From: Hormiphora californensis
Taxonomy: Eukaryota; Animalia; Ctenophora
Assembly (NCBI GenBank): GCA_020137815.1
Contig: CM035353.1
Location: 5,208,001-5,272,000 of the forward strand
DNA: 64,000 bases
Direction of reading: 5' to 3'
Shown: in pieces, positions 11,801 to 25,244 of the stretch
How the letters are laid out: each line of letters opens with the position of its first letter
Position numbering within the stretch: position 1 is the first letter of the stretch
Made by a program: the position numbers and the translations under genes
The notes under the pieces: generated by a model
The model's database searches: none
Seen by the model: only the letters and a program-made list of their open reading frames with translations
Told to the model about the DNA's origin: nothing

Positions 11801-11992
11801 GTCAAGGACAATCATTGTGCCATGATCTTCAATACTTGTGTCTGGTGTGTCACAGGTTTCACGGCCAAAAACACGCTGATAAGATCCAGGACGATTGGGT
11901 CTTTCACACCAAACCCCACATTGCGGGGAAGAGCTTTGGATTTGTATTTGTAGTTGGTCTGACCGGTCTGTTATATGGTAAGGTAAACAAGC
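8828..11992 (-). CDS. LDLa-repeat rhodopsin-class GPCR (GRL101-like, no LRRs), large terminal exon
   Basis: The 995-aa ORF has multiple LDL-receptor class A repeats (CDGVEDCLTGGDE, CDTIDNCGDASDE, CDGKYDCHDLTDE) followed by 7TM with 'CCWVPF' (TM6) and 'LNPILY' (TM7). The frame stays open 59 codons upstream of the annotated Met, up to an acceptor tttttcag at 11993. Confidence 0.92.
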   Translation of the reverse strand, partial: ACLPYHITDRSDQLQIQIQSSSPQCGVWCERPNRPGSYQRVFGRETCDTPDTSIEDHGTMIVLDKLLHSFSYRVTDICNGMCDLPVLFNHDLSLTLTATNPCYDEVNCNGLIYGFACPIGGAFAVYPFTHCDELENHPPDLPLIEQNKSDGHGMERFCEFNLDSSSSPFRLYNGSRCFPFRKKMLSSSYFGYTGHPYCSNGHDQTNCSDPSRVAGKCLVEGYLTGISVYIMCLDPALSNGQNLEVCDDGLDSRCFEVEPFCNIHKHLICDGVEDCLTGGDEKGCMLSSKMCIRSFNAHRGPIRIPFEWILDGEADCLEYADERRENWVVCGSGATTRYRDHQDNCTEVWWCDERKEEYVELTQVCDTIDSCGNEAIMCRLSKTKFEVEYDMLDGDVVGFTKVSPPCLPGMNQFIRTFDVQCTSLVVKHDFSGFFGKEKELVYITGTVKKDCRFYFGEQYVLMACSGMCLNEVQCPLNQRPVLHNSCPNIRRKVLTLSDSGSLTVVVAHKEHFHNNFFVCENSKCVSYSAVCDTIDNCGDASDEKNCLNSFRCDNQFLVLSQVCDGKYDCHDLTDECNSECSRRLIEHDWLSAFAGCFGILGLILNLYTLGRGIFFTAQSNSRAAFVQRSFVRLITIGDILASVYLASIFVLNFVYGSGYCKQQVQWLTSIPCNILGVITATGSGISSISMAVLSCFRLRGTKNALQFRRGEDVDFSYKRKMFIAQFGIICLSALIAFVPLMPALEDRFVNGLAYTGDMKLFAGFVDKKRHSEIIRGYMAARSHSRDTSTDMSWELIRQSVGAMFTSDVGGVTGAKQSFYGNDASCVFKYFVRPMEPQATFVWLLGLSIHCICIIIVAVSHLIIAIISSRKGEAPLGAAVAKTNCRMQSKITAIIVSDVCCWVPFLVCCVLHTAEVFDMTSWYQTFSIAILPLNSVLNPILYTDLYNKLMFDLVGPYFKVLKKRFGNLLNTLTGCFGIPNDICNCKNDEEVDAEYQGPVQNCSTGRGEDKAGRQEPESSRSRIPEIGDIQLQDLGGGEICVVEELRSGEICEVQL

Positions 11993-12207
11993 CTGAAAAA
12001 TAGTGCAGATATTAATTAATTATAATTACATACTTTTAAGTAATTAAATTTAATTAAACGCGTGCACCATGGTTTCAAATCCCGCCCGCGGAAATTACAT
12101 AGCAGGAGGGCGCCATGACGATTGAATCATAGATCAGAAAGTTCATCCATCATTCAAACAAAAGAGAACATCAGGGTATGGAAACTGTGCATCAGCAGAT
12201 TATGTAC

Positions 12208-12291
12208 CTGATAGGTCGTGGAATCATTAACACAAGTTGCGTTGGTAACAGTTTTGGTGGATCTTTCGAATATATTAATTGCATCCTCCAC
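12208..12291 (-). CDS. Predicted internal exon 2 of the LDLa-GPCR (VEDAINIFERSTKTVTNATCVNDSTTYQ)
   Basis: 84 nt bounded by tttag|GTG and CAG|gtacat on the minus strand. It is phase 0/0 and joins in frame with the large exon, and it has N-glycosylation sequons (NAT, NDS) that fit an ectodomain. Confidence 0.65.
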
Positions 12292-12354
12292 CTAAATTAT
12301 GGGGCTTATTAAACAGGTCTTACATTTATCGGCCGGGTTTGTTCATTATAAACA

Positions 12355-12706
12355 CACTGTGTCTGACTGTGGTCTGGAAACCCCCTACTGCACGGAGCTT
12401 TTCTGAATCACCTTTTCGAGACGAATCCAACGCAACCGGAATTAGCTTTCTATCTTATCGGGAAGTTTGGACTTGAGCACCTTCATTTTTGGTCATTTTT
12501 CGGTGCGCTAGCCAATCAGAGGCCTAGATTTCGAAATAAAGGCCTCTGATTGGCTCGCGCACCGAAAAATGACTAAAAATGAAGGGGCTCAAGCCCAAAC
12601 TTCCCGATAAGATAGAAATCTAATTCCGGTTGCGTTGGATTCGTCTCGAAAAGGTGATTCAGAAAAGCTATGTGCTCCTAGAGGGTTTCAGACCACAGTC
12701 ACAGTG
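12355..12706. mobile_element. Palindromic CACTGTG-terminal MITE in GPCR intron
   Basis: Imperfect inverted arms of ~165 bp around a short spacer. Confidence 0.7.
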
Positions 12707-13663
12707 AATAAGATTTGACTTCTCCTTTCGGCTGGACAAATGAAAGACGGGTATTTTATTGTATCTAAGAACGCGTTCTTCTACAACAATTAAATACCCG
12801 TCGATCATTTTTCAAGTCGTAAGGGGAAATCAAGAGTAGACAGAATCAGAATTGGAAAAGTTTGTTGGAGGTTGTAGAGATTATTTCTATGAGCATTTTG
12901 CCTTTTTGCCGCTCAAAATCGACCCATCCATCACTGAGATATTTTTGTTACTCTCGGGGAATTCCTGCTGGATCAATATTTATCAAACATGATACTAACA
13001 ATCCTTGTGTTTTACTAACACATTCTTTAAATTTTCAATATACTGACTTGCATTACTCTGCTTCTGTGCATGGACATTTCAACCTCACTGCTTATATTCA
13101 GAATGTGTTAGTATAAAACACGACGATTGATTCTATTCTGTTTTATACATACTGATTAAACAGGAATTGCCCGAGAGTTGGGGTCAGCACACACCAAAGT
13201 TAAAATTAAAATTAAAATTTTGATTTTAACGCCGCACACACCAGCGGCCGTTAAAATTTCTCTCCCCCATTCTAAAAGTAACGATCTCGCGCGCCAGTTT
13301 GACGGGAGTTAAAATTTTAACACGCCGTCAAACTGGCGCGCGAGATCATTACTTTTAGAATGGGGGAGAGAAATTTTAACGGCCGCTGGTGTGTGCGGCG
13401 TTAAAATCAAAATTTTAATTTTAATTTTAACTTTGGTGTGTGGTGACCCTAACAAAAATATCTCAGTGATGGATGGGTCGATTTTGAGCGGCAAAAAGGC
13501 AAAATGCTCATAGAACTAATTTCTACAACCTCCAACAAACTTGTCCAATTCTGGTTCTGTCCACTCTCACTTTAATCACTGATTTCGATTATGCGACCTT
13601 CGGCATTCACCCGGGCGGCGGAAAATATTGATTTTGTAAAACCGATAATAAGATCTAGTATAC

Positions 13664-13849
13664 CGTATATCGTTGTTTAGAGTTGTGACACTGTAAAGTT
13701 ATTGTTTCCGGCAACACATCGGGACAAACTCGCTTTAGGTACCCTCTATACTCCCGTACAGGACAGTCTGCTGGATCATGGTGATGATCAGTGATGACTC
13801 TTCTTTGGAAGAGAATCAACCACCAAGACCAATATAGCTGGAGAAGCAT
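13664..13849 (-). CDS. Predicted first coding exon of the LDLa-GPCR with signal-peptide-like N-terminus
   Basis: MLLQLYWSWWLILFQRRVITD...YT (62 codons) ends at ACG|gtatac, phase 0, compatible with exon 2. The full model is about 1144 aa. Confidence 0.5.
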
Positions 13850-14263
13850 ACACAAGCGATTCTTGTAGGATCGGCTATGGGAAGTTGGGTCTGGAATATT
13901 TTTAACAGTGGTCATCCGACATATTCCGCCGAGAAATCCGACGAGAAATGCACCGCGCATCAGAGAGATGCGCCGCAGTAAGCAAATGCTGTCGCGCTTC
14001 AATTCTTCTCTCTCGTTAGTCTTTATGTCTCTCTCACTACGAATGCGCGTCGTATTCCAGGTCGTAATTCAGGTTGAATTTCTCGTCGAGCTGTGACAAT
14101 TATGTCGGATGACCACTCTAAGACTTGGGGGATTTTTTGCCCCACACGGTACTAAGTGATCCTCTATCATATGGTATCAAAATCTAAGCTCTTGGTGACC
14201 AACTGACACATAGTGCGACTGTAATTAAAATCCCAGACCCAATTTCCTGCATAGCAGACCTTA

Positions 14264-14566
14264 GGGGAAACTCTAACTGAATGGCATCCCATTAATGGGA
14301 TCCCATCAACAGTAAAACTCTAACTGATAATGGACCACAGTGATGGTTCTTTCTCTGTATTCTCTCTGTGTGCGCGCCGGGCGCCCACGCCCACGCCCGG
14401 GCATGCCCTATAGTTCTTTCTCTGTATTCTCTCTGTAGGCATTACATAGATGTACTGCCTACAGAGAGAATAAAGAGAAAGAACCATCACTGTGGTCCAT
14501 TATCAGTTAGAGTTTTACTGTTGATGGGATCCCATTAATGGGATGCCATTCAGTTAGAGTTTCCCC
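14264..14566. mobile_element. PIF/Harbinger-type MITE, TTA TSD
   Basis: TTA|GGGGAAACTCTAACTG...CAGTTAGAGTTTCCCC|TTA with ~105-bp TIRs. Confidence 0.85.
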
Positions 14567-14805
14567 TTAGGGACCAACTTACAAAAAAGAACCCGGGTAT
14601 GTTAACCATAAGCACTCGGGTATGTTTGTATCAAAAGACGTGTGAGAGCCGCACAAGGGTTAACTTACTCGCAGGACATGAGTGCTAACAACCCAATGAA
14701 AATACGTGTGGCGGTTGTGCGTGAGTATGTATACCCCAAACACCAAAGTACCCGTACTTTTTTGTAAATTGCTCTGTTACTATATATGCTAATGCCACTA
14801 TAGTA

Positions 14806-15938
14806 CCCAGCAAACACAGTTGGCGTGAGTTGCTTGTCAGCGCCAAATTTTAGACGGCCATAGATCCACCCCCTGATAAGATAGACTCGAAATTTGTTTT
14901 GTAAGGAGCAGGAAACAACCGAACCGGATTTTTTCCACCGAACCGAACCGAACCGAATTTGAAAAACTTTTTTACCGAACCGAACCGAACCGAACCGAAT
15001 TTCGGTAACCGAACCGAACCGAACCATACCAAACTTTTTCTGTATAAATATTTCTCTAAAAAGTCATGGAGAGCACCGATCAAGGTATTGAGAATCATTC
15101 TCTGAAATTTTGTTAAAAAAAGTTTGGAAAAATTTCAAAGTCAATTTTGTGAAAAAAATTTGTAAAATATTTCAAAAGTCGATTATATGTCAATTTTGCC
15201 GTACGAATCGTGTTGCGAATCGGTGATGCTATGCGGCAGTGCTCTGGCTAATTAGCAGTATTTATCGAAAACATGAATCGTTTCCCCTAAACTTCCTAAT
15301 TAGATTTGATGGGGGATCACGTATCAGCATAATCCATCTCGGACCTACTAATTAGCAACATCACTCCCGCTTAGCAATGCCGATTCGGAACACGATTCGT
15401 ACGCAAAAATTGACATAGAAAATTTTCCGTAAAATTGACTTTGAAATATTTTTTTTTTACAAAATTTCAGGGATCGGTGCTCTCCATGAATTTTTTGAAA
15501 AAAATAGTTTCTGAATTTGTTGACCCTCTCATGAGGACACGATTCGTATCAAATCAATCCATATCGAACCCGCTAACTAGCGAAATCATTTCCACATAGC
15601 ACCACCGATTCGAAATAGGGTTCATACGGCGAAATTGACATTGAAATCCATAAAAAAAATTGTGAAATAATTGAAAAAATGATGGCTGATAAAGCCCGAT
15701 TTTTGGCCATTTTTTGAACTAAAAATTCGGTGGTTCGGCCAAAATTTTCCACCGAACCGACCCGAACCGCCGAAAAAACACCGAACCGAACCGAATATTC
15801 GGTCGCTTCCTGGTAAGGAGATCATGTCGAGTTCTTCTTACATAACAAATTTCAAGTCTCTATCTCACCAGGGAGTGGAGCTATGACCGTCTGAAATTTG
15901 GCGCTGGCAAGCAATTCACGCCAACTGTGTTTGCTGGG
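14806..15938. mobile_element. CCCAGCAAACAC-terminal MITE (TA flanks; CMC/EnSpm-like) containing a nested hAT MITE
   Basis: TA|CCCAGCAAACACAGTTGGCG...CGCCAACTGTGTTTGCTGGG|TA. Confidence 0.75.
14909..15812. mobile_element. Non-autonomous hAT element, 8-bp TSD GTAAGGAG
   Basis: CAGGAA...TTCCTG termini, a perfect 8-bp TSD and subterminal (CCGAA)n arrays. Confidence 0.85.
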
Positions 15939-16426
15939 TACTTTAACTACTAACGCTTTTATAGTACATAGTTGTTTTATCACCTATTAAATTTAATGAT
16001 ATATAAAGAGCTCATTAGTCATTTGACCAAATTGAGATCGCACTCTGAGACGTGTCACTGAATAAATCATGTTTGAGTTCGAAGCGAGTTTGAGCGTTAT
16101 AATCTATACTAGAGCCCAACGTTCTCAATAGTAACAACGACTGACACAAAGGGATTCATGTGTCGATTTTTTGCACGATTTTGAGACGTTTTACGCAATA
16201 ACTCGGCCATTTCTCAACCAATTTCAAATTTCCTGGGATCTTTAGAAAGAGGGGATCAAGCTCTTTTCAAAGAGCTATAATATTTCAATATTGCTCAAGA
16301 ACTCAACTTGCACGTGCAAATCACTGAGGTCCCCTATCCCCCTCCCAGAGCTACTTCAAAACTGCACGTGCAAATGTTGCTTCATCACTACCTAGACTAC
16401 CAAGCATCTGCCTTTTTTAATATAGA

Positions 16427-17224
16427 CTAGAGAGCCCAGGCAAAGACCAAAAAACTCCTCTGACCTCTCACCCCCTATTGACTCTTCTCAACACCTCCCA
16501 CCCCTCCCTGCACCCTAATTTGGTGTCACCAACACCCTAATCCCATTGATACCCTAGAAAAAGTAAAGCTCTATGGCTTATTGACTCTCCTCACCCCCTA
16601 ATGACTCTCCTCGCCCCCTAATGACTCCACTCACCCCCACTCCTGTCGCCCCCACATTATCGAATCCTCACTCCCCCGGCTCTTTTGACTCCCCTCACCC
16701 CTATCGAATCATTACCCCCCCCCTATTAACTACCCAGTACCCACCCGCTATTGAATCCTTACCCCCCCCCTGTTGAATCCTCCGCCCCCTACTGACTCCT
16801 ATCGGCACGCATTATTGAATCCTCTCTCACTCCATCTCTTCATCATGTCTGTGTCGGGGTTGGTAGAGTGGTATAAGGGATGGTGATGAACATCAAGGGT
16901 GATCAGAAGAGGGCCATTTGAAACACGCAAATTAAGTGATGAACATCCGTAGAATTGTAGCTGTGTAGAGTAATTATCAGGGGTACGTAGGTAGTCAAGC
17001 TTTGGCAATCATTGGGGCAGCAGTAGTAGATGGCAAAACACCACAAAACACCGCAGGAACACGCAACACAACATCCAACAACATGCGTCATGCACGTGCA
17101 GTATTCACACCCTTGCCCACCCACCATACCAACCCCTTGATTCGCACGGGCAAATGGAGCAAATTGTTGCACGCTAGTGTTGCACGCTTCTTAGACGACG
17201 TTCATCTCCAACTTATAATAGAGA
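16427..17224 (-). mobile_element. Possible minus-strand Helitron related to the 32-33 kb family
   Basis: The minus strand begins TCTCTATTATAAGTTGGAGATGAACGTCG at 17224, the same 5' end as the other two. A candidate 3' end GCCTGGGCTCTCTAG|T lies at ~16427. Confidence 0.45.
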
Positions 17225-17428
17225 AGATTATGAAGCAGAGATGCTTGCAAGACAAAATTGGGGGAGGGGGTTTTTAGGGCTTGCACGTGGAAAATTGGCG
17301 TGTTGTTAGGGGTGTTTGGGGAGTGCACGTGCGTGTGTAAAGGTTTTATAAATTTGGAGGATAATAGCTTTTTGGAAAGAGCTTGAGATTATCTTTCTAA
17401 TGAGCCCAAGATTTTCGAAATTGGCTGA

Positions 17429-17942
17429 TAGTGGGAGACACTAGCGTGGTACGCACAAAAAAATGTGTGCCACACAAATTTCGTTTTTCAAAAAACACGC
17501 AAGAAAAAGTGTTTCAACATCGACTTTTCACGTTTTGGCTCATAACTCCTTTTCCTGATAAGATAAAGACTTCAAACCTTCACCATTCGATGGGGCTTGA
17601 AATTCCCTTTCCAACGGTATGCAAACGATTTCTGTAGCTTATCAGGAACCGGAGATATGATCCATTATGATAATAACCGCGTAAGTTTCCTTCGGCATTA
17701 TCATAATTGATCATATCTCCGGTTCCTGATGAGCTTCAGGAATCGTTTGCATACCGTTGGAAAGGGAATTTCAAGCCCCATCGAATGGCGAAAGTTTGAA
17801 GTCTTTATCTTATCAGAAAAAGAAGTTATGAGCCAAAACGTGAAAAGACGATGTTGAAAAACTTTTTCTTGAGTGTTTTTTGAAAAACGAAATTGGTGTG
17901 GCGCGCATTTTTTTGCGCGTACCACGCTAGTGTCTCCCACTA
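17429..17942. mobile_element. Palindromic TAG-terminal MITE, 3-bp TSD TGA (Academ-like)
   Basis: TAGTGGGAGACACTAGCG...CGCTAGTGTCTCCCACTA with arms of ~240 bp and tga on both sides. Confidence 0.8.
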
Positions 17943-18056
17943 TGAGAAATGACTTAGTTATGGCGAAAATGGTGAAAAATTAGGGAAAATGTGGGGTTCT
18001 GAACTGCTTCAGATCACAGATTGAGAGAGGGGTGAAGGGAGTGCTCATTATGGCGT

Positions 18057-18410
18057 TATGGAGGCCCGAAAACGTGTTCCGACGCGCACCCTACGACTTG
18101 AAATTTAGTGCTTGACAGTGTGCGGCGCGCATAGTGGAAGCTCTAACGGTATTTCCCACGCACCGTGTGAAAGTTTTTGACCGTGGGAAAGTTTCCGAAC
18201 CGTGGGAAAAGAGAGATTTACAGAAATGGTAAGAGTGAGAAATTTTTCTCTTTCACGTTTTCTATCTATCTCTCTTTTCCCACGGGTCGGAAACTTTCCC
18301 ACGATGCGTGGGAAATACCGTAAGAGCTTCCACTATGCGCGCCGCACACTGTCAAGCACTAAATTTCAAGTCGTAGGGTGCGCGTCGGAACACGTTTTCG
18401 GGCCTCCATA
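18057..18410. mobile_element. Palindromic MITE
   Basis: TATGGAGGCCCGAAAACGTG...CACGTTTTCGGGCCTCCATA with ~120-bp arms. Confidence 0.7.
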
Positions 18411-18967
18411 GGGGAGTGAATAGAGGGTGAGATGGAGTGAATAGGGGACGATATGATTCAATCGGGGCCGAGGGGAATGAATGGGGATAAGAGGGGTGAG
18501 GACTGAGGGGAGTCAACAGGGGGAAGGGGCGTGGAGTATGATCTCCGGATCTCGCGACCGGAGGTGCCGCGAAGCGGCGCCGTAGGGAGCAAAGTAGGCA
18601 TGAGCCAGGGATCGGGATTGAGAGGAGTCAATAGGGTGTGATAGTTTTTTGTTCTTTTGCCTGGGCTCTCTGACCAAATTGAGATCGCACTCTGAGACGT
18701 GTCACTGAATAAATCATGTTTGAGTTCGAAGCTAGTTTGAGCGTTATAATCTACTTATATTATAATCAGATTATTGTCACTACTACGAATCTCTTCTTTC
18801 CAAGAATTACGTAAGTATCTTTTCTTACATGGTACATTCATGATTTATGCCATATCGAAATACGTTGAACCCCCCAGAAACAAAACTGAGTACTTACACT
18901 GGTTTTAGTTGTGGAGATGAAAAGCAAGACATTTCCTTGGGGAAAAGGAGAATAGTTATATGATGTA

Positions 18968-20481
<1,514 letters not shown>

Positions 20482-20669
20482 TATAAACTCTTGCCAGTGG
20501 CGCGTTATTTCAGATACCTTTCTCCCAGCGCGCCGCTGGGAGAAGGTAGCTGTATTTTATCTGCCACTGGCGGATAAACTGGTTTAAATCACGACGTCGA
20601 TCCTGAGGCATAACCGAGGGAGAGGCGGAGGGGTTTAAACCTATAACTTGCCAGAGACAAGAGTTTATA
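20482..20669. mobile_element. Small TIR element with internal hairpin; second copy at ~53445..53629
   Basis: ATAAACTCT...AGAGTTTAT termini. Both copies are followed by the same downstream repeat (~20860-21060 versus ~53635-53905). Confidence 0.65.
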
Positions 20670-23559
20670 GGTGTGTGTGCTGCTTGCAGTCAAAATACGG
20701 TAACGCAAAATACAGTAAGGAGACGCGCACGGTGCATAACGCGCGGCAAAAAGTTCATGTGTCAGCACGTACTAGCGCCCTGATTGGTCACGGTTGCGCG
20801 TCGTCTTACTGTATCTTCGTTTTCCATTACCGTTTTCCCACTACAAGCGACCGTGTTATATATACCCTGTACTGCTTTAGTTGTTTGTTTCAAGTATTAC
20901 ACACTAACAAGAGAGAACTATGGAGAGAAAGTAAGAAATAACATGATAAGGGGCATTACATGTCAGACATAACACAGAGGAATTAAGATAGTGAGACAGA
21001 AGGGGAGATAAAGAGAGAGTAATTGACGGAATGTGTTGTTTCTCTCTCTCCAATGTAGCAATAGTGGATATTGCATGCTTTCATTTCAACAAGAATAAAT
21101 GCATTATGTTTCATAATGCTGTTTCCCCGCCAACCTTTCATCCCTAACATGAAGGTGGACAGACATTTCGGATGATTTATAGATCAGGCAAACACTATAG
21201 AACAAATCCTTGTGTTTTAGTTGCACTAAATTGCGCGACACATTGCGGAATTGCGCGCCACACATTTCCTGAAAACGTGTCAATGAAGTGGTTTATGAAG
21301 GAGCAGGTTGTTGTTGTGTGCGCGGCTCTAGTTGCTACATGTTGCCCCTCGCAACCTGAAACGGGACAAGAGAGCTGACTTGCTACACATAGTCACTATA
21401 ACGGGTGACAACTAAAAATCTGGACAATTTTCTGTGAGCTGTAGCGCCGGCCCCGCTTGAGATACAGCTTCAGGCCTGAGCTAGAACGATTTTTCAGACA
21501 ATTTTGAATCAGAATAACACAACGGAAAAAACTAAAAATTTCATTTTCATTGCGTTATCGCATCATTTCCTCTTGACCCACCAAAGCATGTGTACGGAGA
21601 TTTGAGATTTCTGTGTGATCAGAAACGACCTTCCGATGAGATAAAATTCTCAAATTTGAAATAATGGTTGTTCATGCCAAAACCAACATAACTGCCAAGT
21701 TTCAACTTTTAGCTTATCAAGAAGTTGGTTTTCCACGTCATAATGTTTCGAGAGCTCGTCAAAATGGCGATTCCTCAAATTACCTGTAAACTACGCTTCG
21801 AAGGTTTGTTACAGATGATTCTGTGATTAGAACTTGAGATTATCGGAGTGTGAAACAAAGTTAATTTCGTTCAAAAATCGTCTGAAAAATCATTCTATCG
21901 CTGCCCCGAAGCTGTATCTCAAAAAGAACAGGCGCTAGAGGATGCTAGAAAAGTGTGTAAATTTCAAGTACTACATGCTTTGGTTGGGTCAAAGGAAATG
22001 ATCACTATATCCGTTTAGATTTCTAAACCCCCTATGCCTTTTTGCAAAAGGCATCCGGGTGAAGGCCTTCGGCCTTCACCCGGGCGGGAAAAAAATTGAA
22101 ATTATGGTCTTGCTGCGACTCTAAAGCATCATAAGACGATAAATACAATATATGCAAATGAAAAAAATCTATGGAGGTGACTCTGTATTCAATACAATCT
22201 TACCTGGGACCCCTACTATTACAGGTGGACTCACAGAACAAAAACTCGATGTGCTAGCTTTGGGAATTTCCCAGGAGTACGGAGCCGCCATGACCGGGCG
22301 AAGGACCAATTTGATATGTCAGAAGGCGGGCCTCAACACGGCAGAGAAGGTTAAGCAAGGGCTAACGGAAATAGGAGAGTCTCAGGACCTATGGTAGGAT
22401 AATTCTTTGAGGAGGTTTTCCCCGAACTAGTCCATGCGGAGGCCACTGCACCTCCACGGTCCCCGCTGCACTCCCAGCCCCCAAGGCGAAGTCCCAGAAA
22501 ATTGTCAAGAACAATTACCGCCGACTCTCCAACCTGTACTGGCGGTGACCAGGAACCAGCCCTTCAACGTCCGGTTCATCCTATTCATATAGGGAGTATC
22601 CCAGAAACTTCAACCGAGATAATCAGAGGAACCCCTACCGCTACCCTGACCCTCCGCTCTCGTTTTTCCCCGCACACCGGCATATACCTAGCCGGTTGGA
22701 TCAAATAAGGGCCACCAGTCAAGTTCTCCAGTGGGTACAGGGAGCTTGGTAAGCATGATACGTTGGACCAGTCTAAGAGGACTGGGGGCACCATCCGCGG
22801 TAGGAGAAGAGCTCCCAGCTGCAAACCGTCAAGCATGATACCTAAAAGATGTCACAAAATTAAAATGGCTGTAGCTCAGCCAGTATTAGGTACGGGAAAA
22901 TAATATTGATAACATAGATAGCCCTAACGGTTAGCTTCATAATGATTATGGAAAATCCATCGCACCACATTTCTTTCTGTAATGCCAGACAACCAACAGC
23001 TACTTCGAGACCAGGTTTTCCGGTTTTACCAACGCGTTTTACCCGGGAATAGATATGCTAAGAGGGACACAGTAATGCACTTCGTAGCCGAGGGTGAGCA
23101 TAGAAAAAACCATCTACAGAAAAATCACCCGGGGATCCACTAGGAAGAAGAAAGGCTCCGATAGAAGCCTTATATTCTAGTTCAACATGATCTTTCTGCA
23201 GTCGGTACTGCGAGTGCGACAACAACAGATCCTGCAAGCAACCTGTATCCATGTGCATTTTACGACTGTCAGCAACGGCCCACCTGCGTTACCAGATGTA
23301 CTACGACAAGGGTTTTCTATTTTCGGAAACAGTACCCATGTAGAAGGGAACGTGTACGTGCATACCAACTCACAAAACCATATAGAGAAGAATGATAAAG
23401 AGTTGTAAGACTAGAGACTAGAGAGTTATAATATACCTGTTTATGATAGTAACGACTAACGAGATATATACCGGTTTGTGATAGATGTATAATTGTTTCA
23501 ACTAGAAGTGGGGAAGTTTTTCCTTTGTGATTGTCAGTTTGTCAGTTATCAGTAACAGT

Positions 23560-23960
23560 ATTATAATGTAAACTATCGCCCTATCCATTATGTCGAAGAC
23601 GTCAAGATGGTATGGAGGCAGGTTGAGGCGGTGCTGACCCCTGAGATGGATGCCTTTGCCGGATACTTCACACGGACTTGGGTTGGAGATAATGCCCTCT
23701 ACCCCCAGCAACCTGGAATCATTACGAAGCTGTGGTGCTAGGCATTCCCCGTACAACAAACCACGCGGAAAGCTGGCACCACAGCTTCGCTGGTCACCTA
23801 GGCCATTGAAATCCGTCTTTGAGATGAGACAGGCTGCTGAGTTAGGTAAGAATAGCTGGAAGGTTCGGGACCGCAAACTAGAGACAATAGTCAATGCCTA
23901 TGACGACTATGCAGACAAGGTCGCCTACCTGCTTCCATCAGCAACATATAAAGGAACTGA
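23560..23960 (+). pseudogene. Decayed MULE/Mutator transposase C-terminal remnant
   Basis: 'MDAFAGYFTRTWVG' (from 23646), then after a frameshift 'PATWNHYEAVVLGIPRTTNHAESWHHSF', then 'DRKLETIVNAY...AYL'. This matches the MULE pattern YF..TW / WN / RTNN..E.WH. Confidence 0.75.
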
Positions 23961-25244
23961 GTTATGTCTAGGTGACTTGTAGGATAGTGTGTCCATGTGT
24001 GACTATAAATTGATTACGTGTAGGCCGGTATAACTTATGGGTTATGTCTAGGTGACTTAGTAGGCTTAAGGCTAGGAGTAGGTGTCCATGTCCGTGTATG
24101 ACTGTAGATTGATTACGTGTAAATTACGGTGGCCCAAACTTATTTTTTTCATACTACAACTATATATACTCCATACTTCCATACTAAAACTGTTTATTTT
24201 GATGACTTAATTGTTTTCTCTTGTACCCGTGCATGATAGCTAGTATGTCACTTCTTACGGAACACTTTTACGTTGACATCTCGATTTCCCGTATTTACCC
24301 AGATAGGACTCACCCCATCCCCTCGGGAATCCTTCAACCACACACTCACGTTATCCGGTTGTTTCTATACCTGTGTCACCTTTCGCCGCTGTCCCCCGGA
24401 GCTCGCCACGAAACCAATCCAATCCGGTGAGTCAATTCCCTTTGTGTGTGTTGCAGTCACCCCAATACACCCCCTGTCATTCTAGTTTACACCAGCGATG
24501 AGAGAGAAGGCCAGAAAGTAGAAATAGGCTAATAACATTTCTGTTCATCAAATAATTATCATAATCATAGGAGTTAGCATATAATCACAGGAGTTTATTT
24601 ACCTCGGATGTGGAGGCCCTATACCCCAGCATCCGTAAGGACCTGACACTTCATGCGTTGGACCATGCCCGTAGTACCACGGGCATAGCGGCGAGGCGGT
24701 TTATGAAGTGTATACTGTAGGAGACATAGTATATACTTCAGTGGAGGGTAGCATCTGGACCAAGCCACCAAACACTGGAGAACAAAATTGATCAGCTACA
24801 ACAAATGACTGGAGATCTCTCAGCAGCGGTAATTGTTGTTCAAAGTTGTGAGATCCCTTGATAGTTAATTCTTGAATTATTTTGTACCCCAATTCCCACA
24901 GCCCACTATTCTGACACACAACTATTCTTACATCTACTGTCTACAGTTCACTGTTCAGTGTAGACTCTACACCTTGTTGGAGCTCTCCGTGAATGTGGCC
25001 CGAGGAACTGCAGTTATAGGTTACTATGTATCGAAAAGTTTTATAAAATTTTCTATCGAAAAGAAAGTCGGTGATTAATTGTTGTTTAAACCGCTTTAGG
25101 AAACCGCTGATGTGAACTGTATAATTTCACCTCTCAGCCTTGTATCACTTTTAGTGGTGTATGGTGTAAGAGCGGGACGAAGTTATATATTAATTGTGTG
25201 ACTTTGTGATAAATTGTGCATAAACTTAAACTTAAACTTATTAA

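Noticed and set aside
14665-15825. ORFs with repeated 'RFGSV' motifs
   Set aside because: They are translations of the (CCGAA)n subterminal arrays of a hAT MITE.
16799-17172. Cys-rich 89-aa ORF / possible Helitron helicase remnant
   Set aside because: Cys richness follows from TG-rich composition, and the resemblance to Pif1 motifs is too weak to support.
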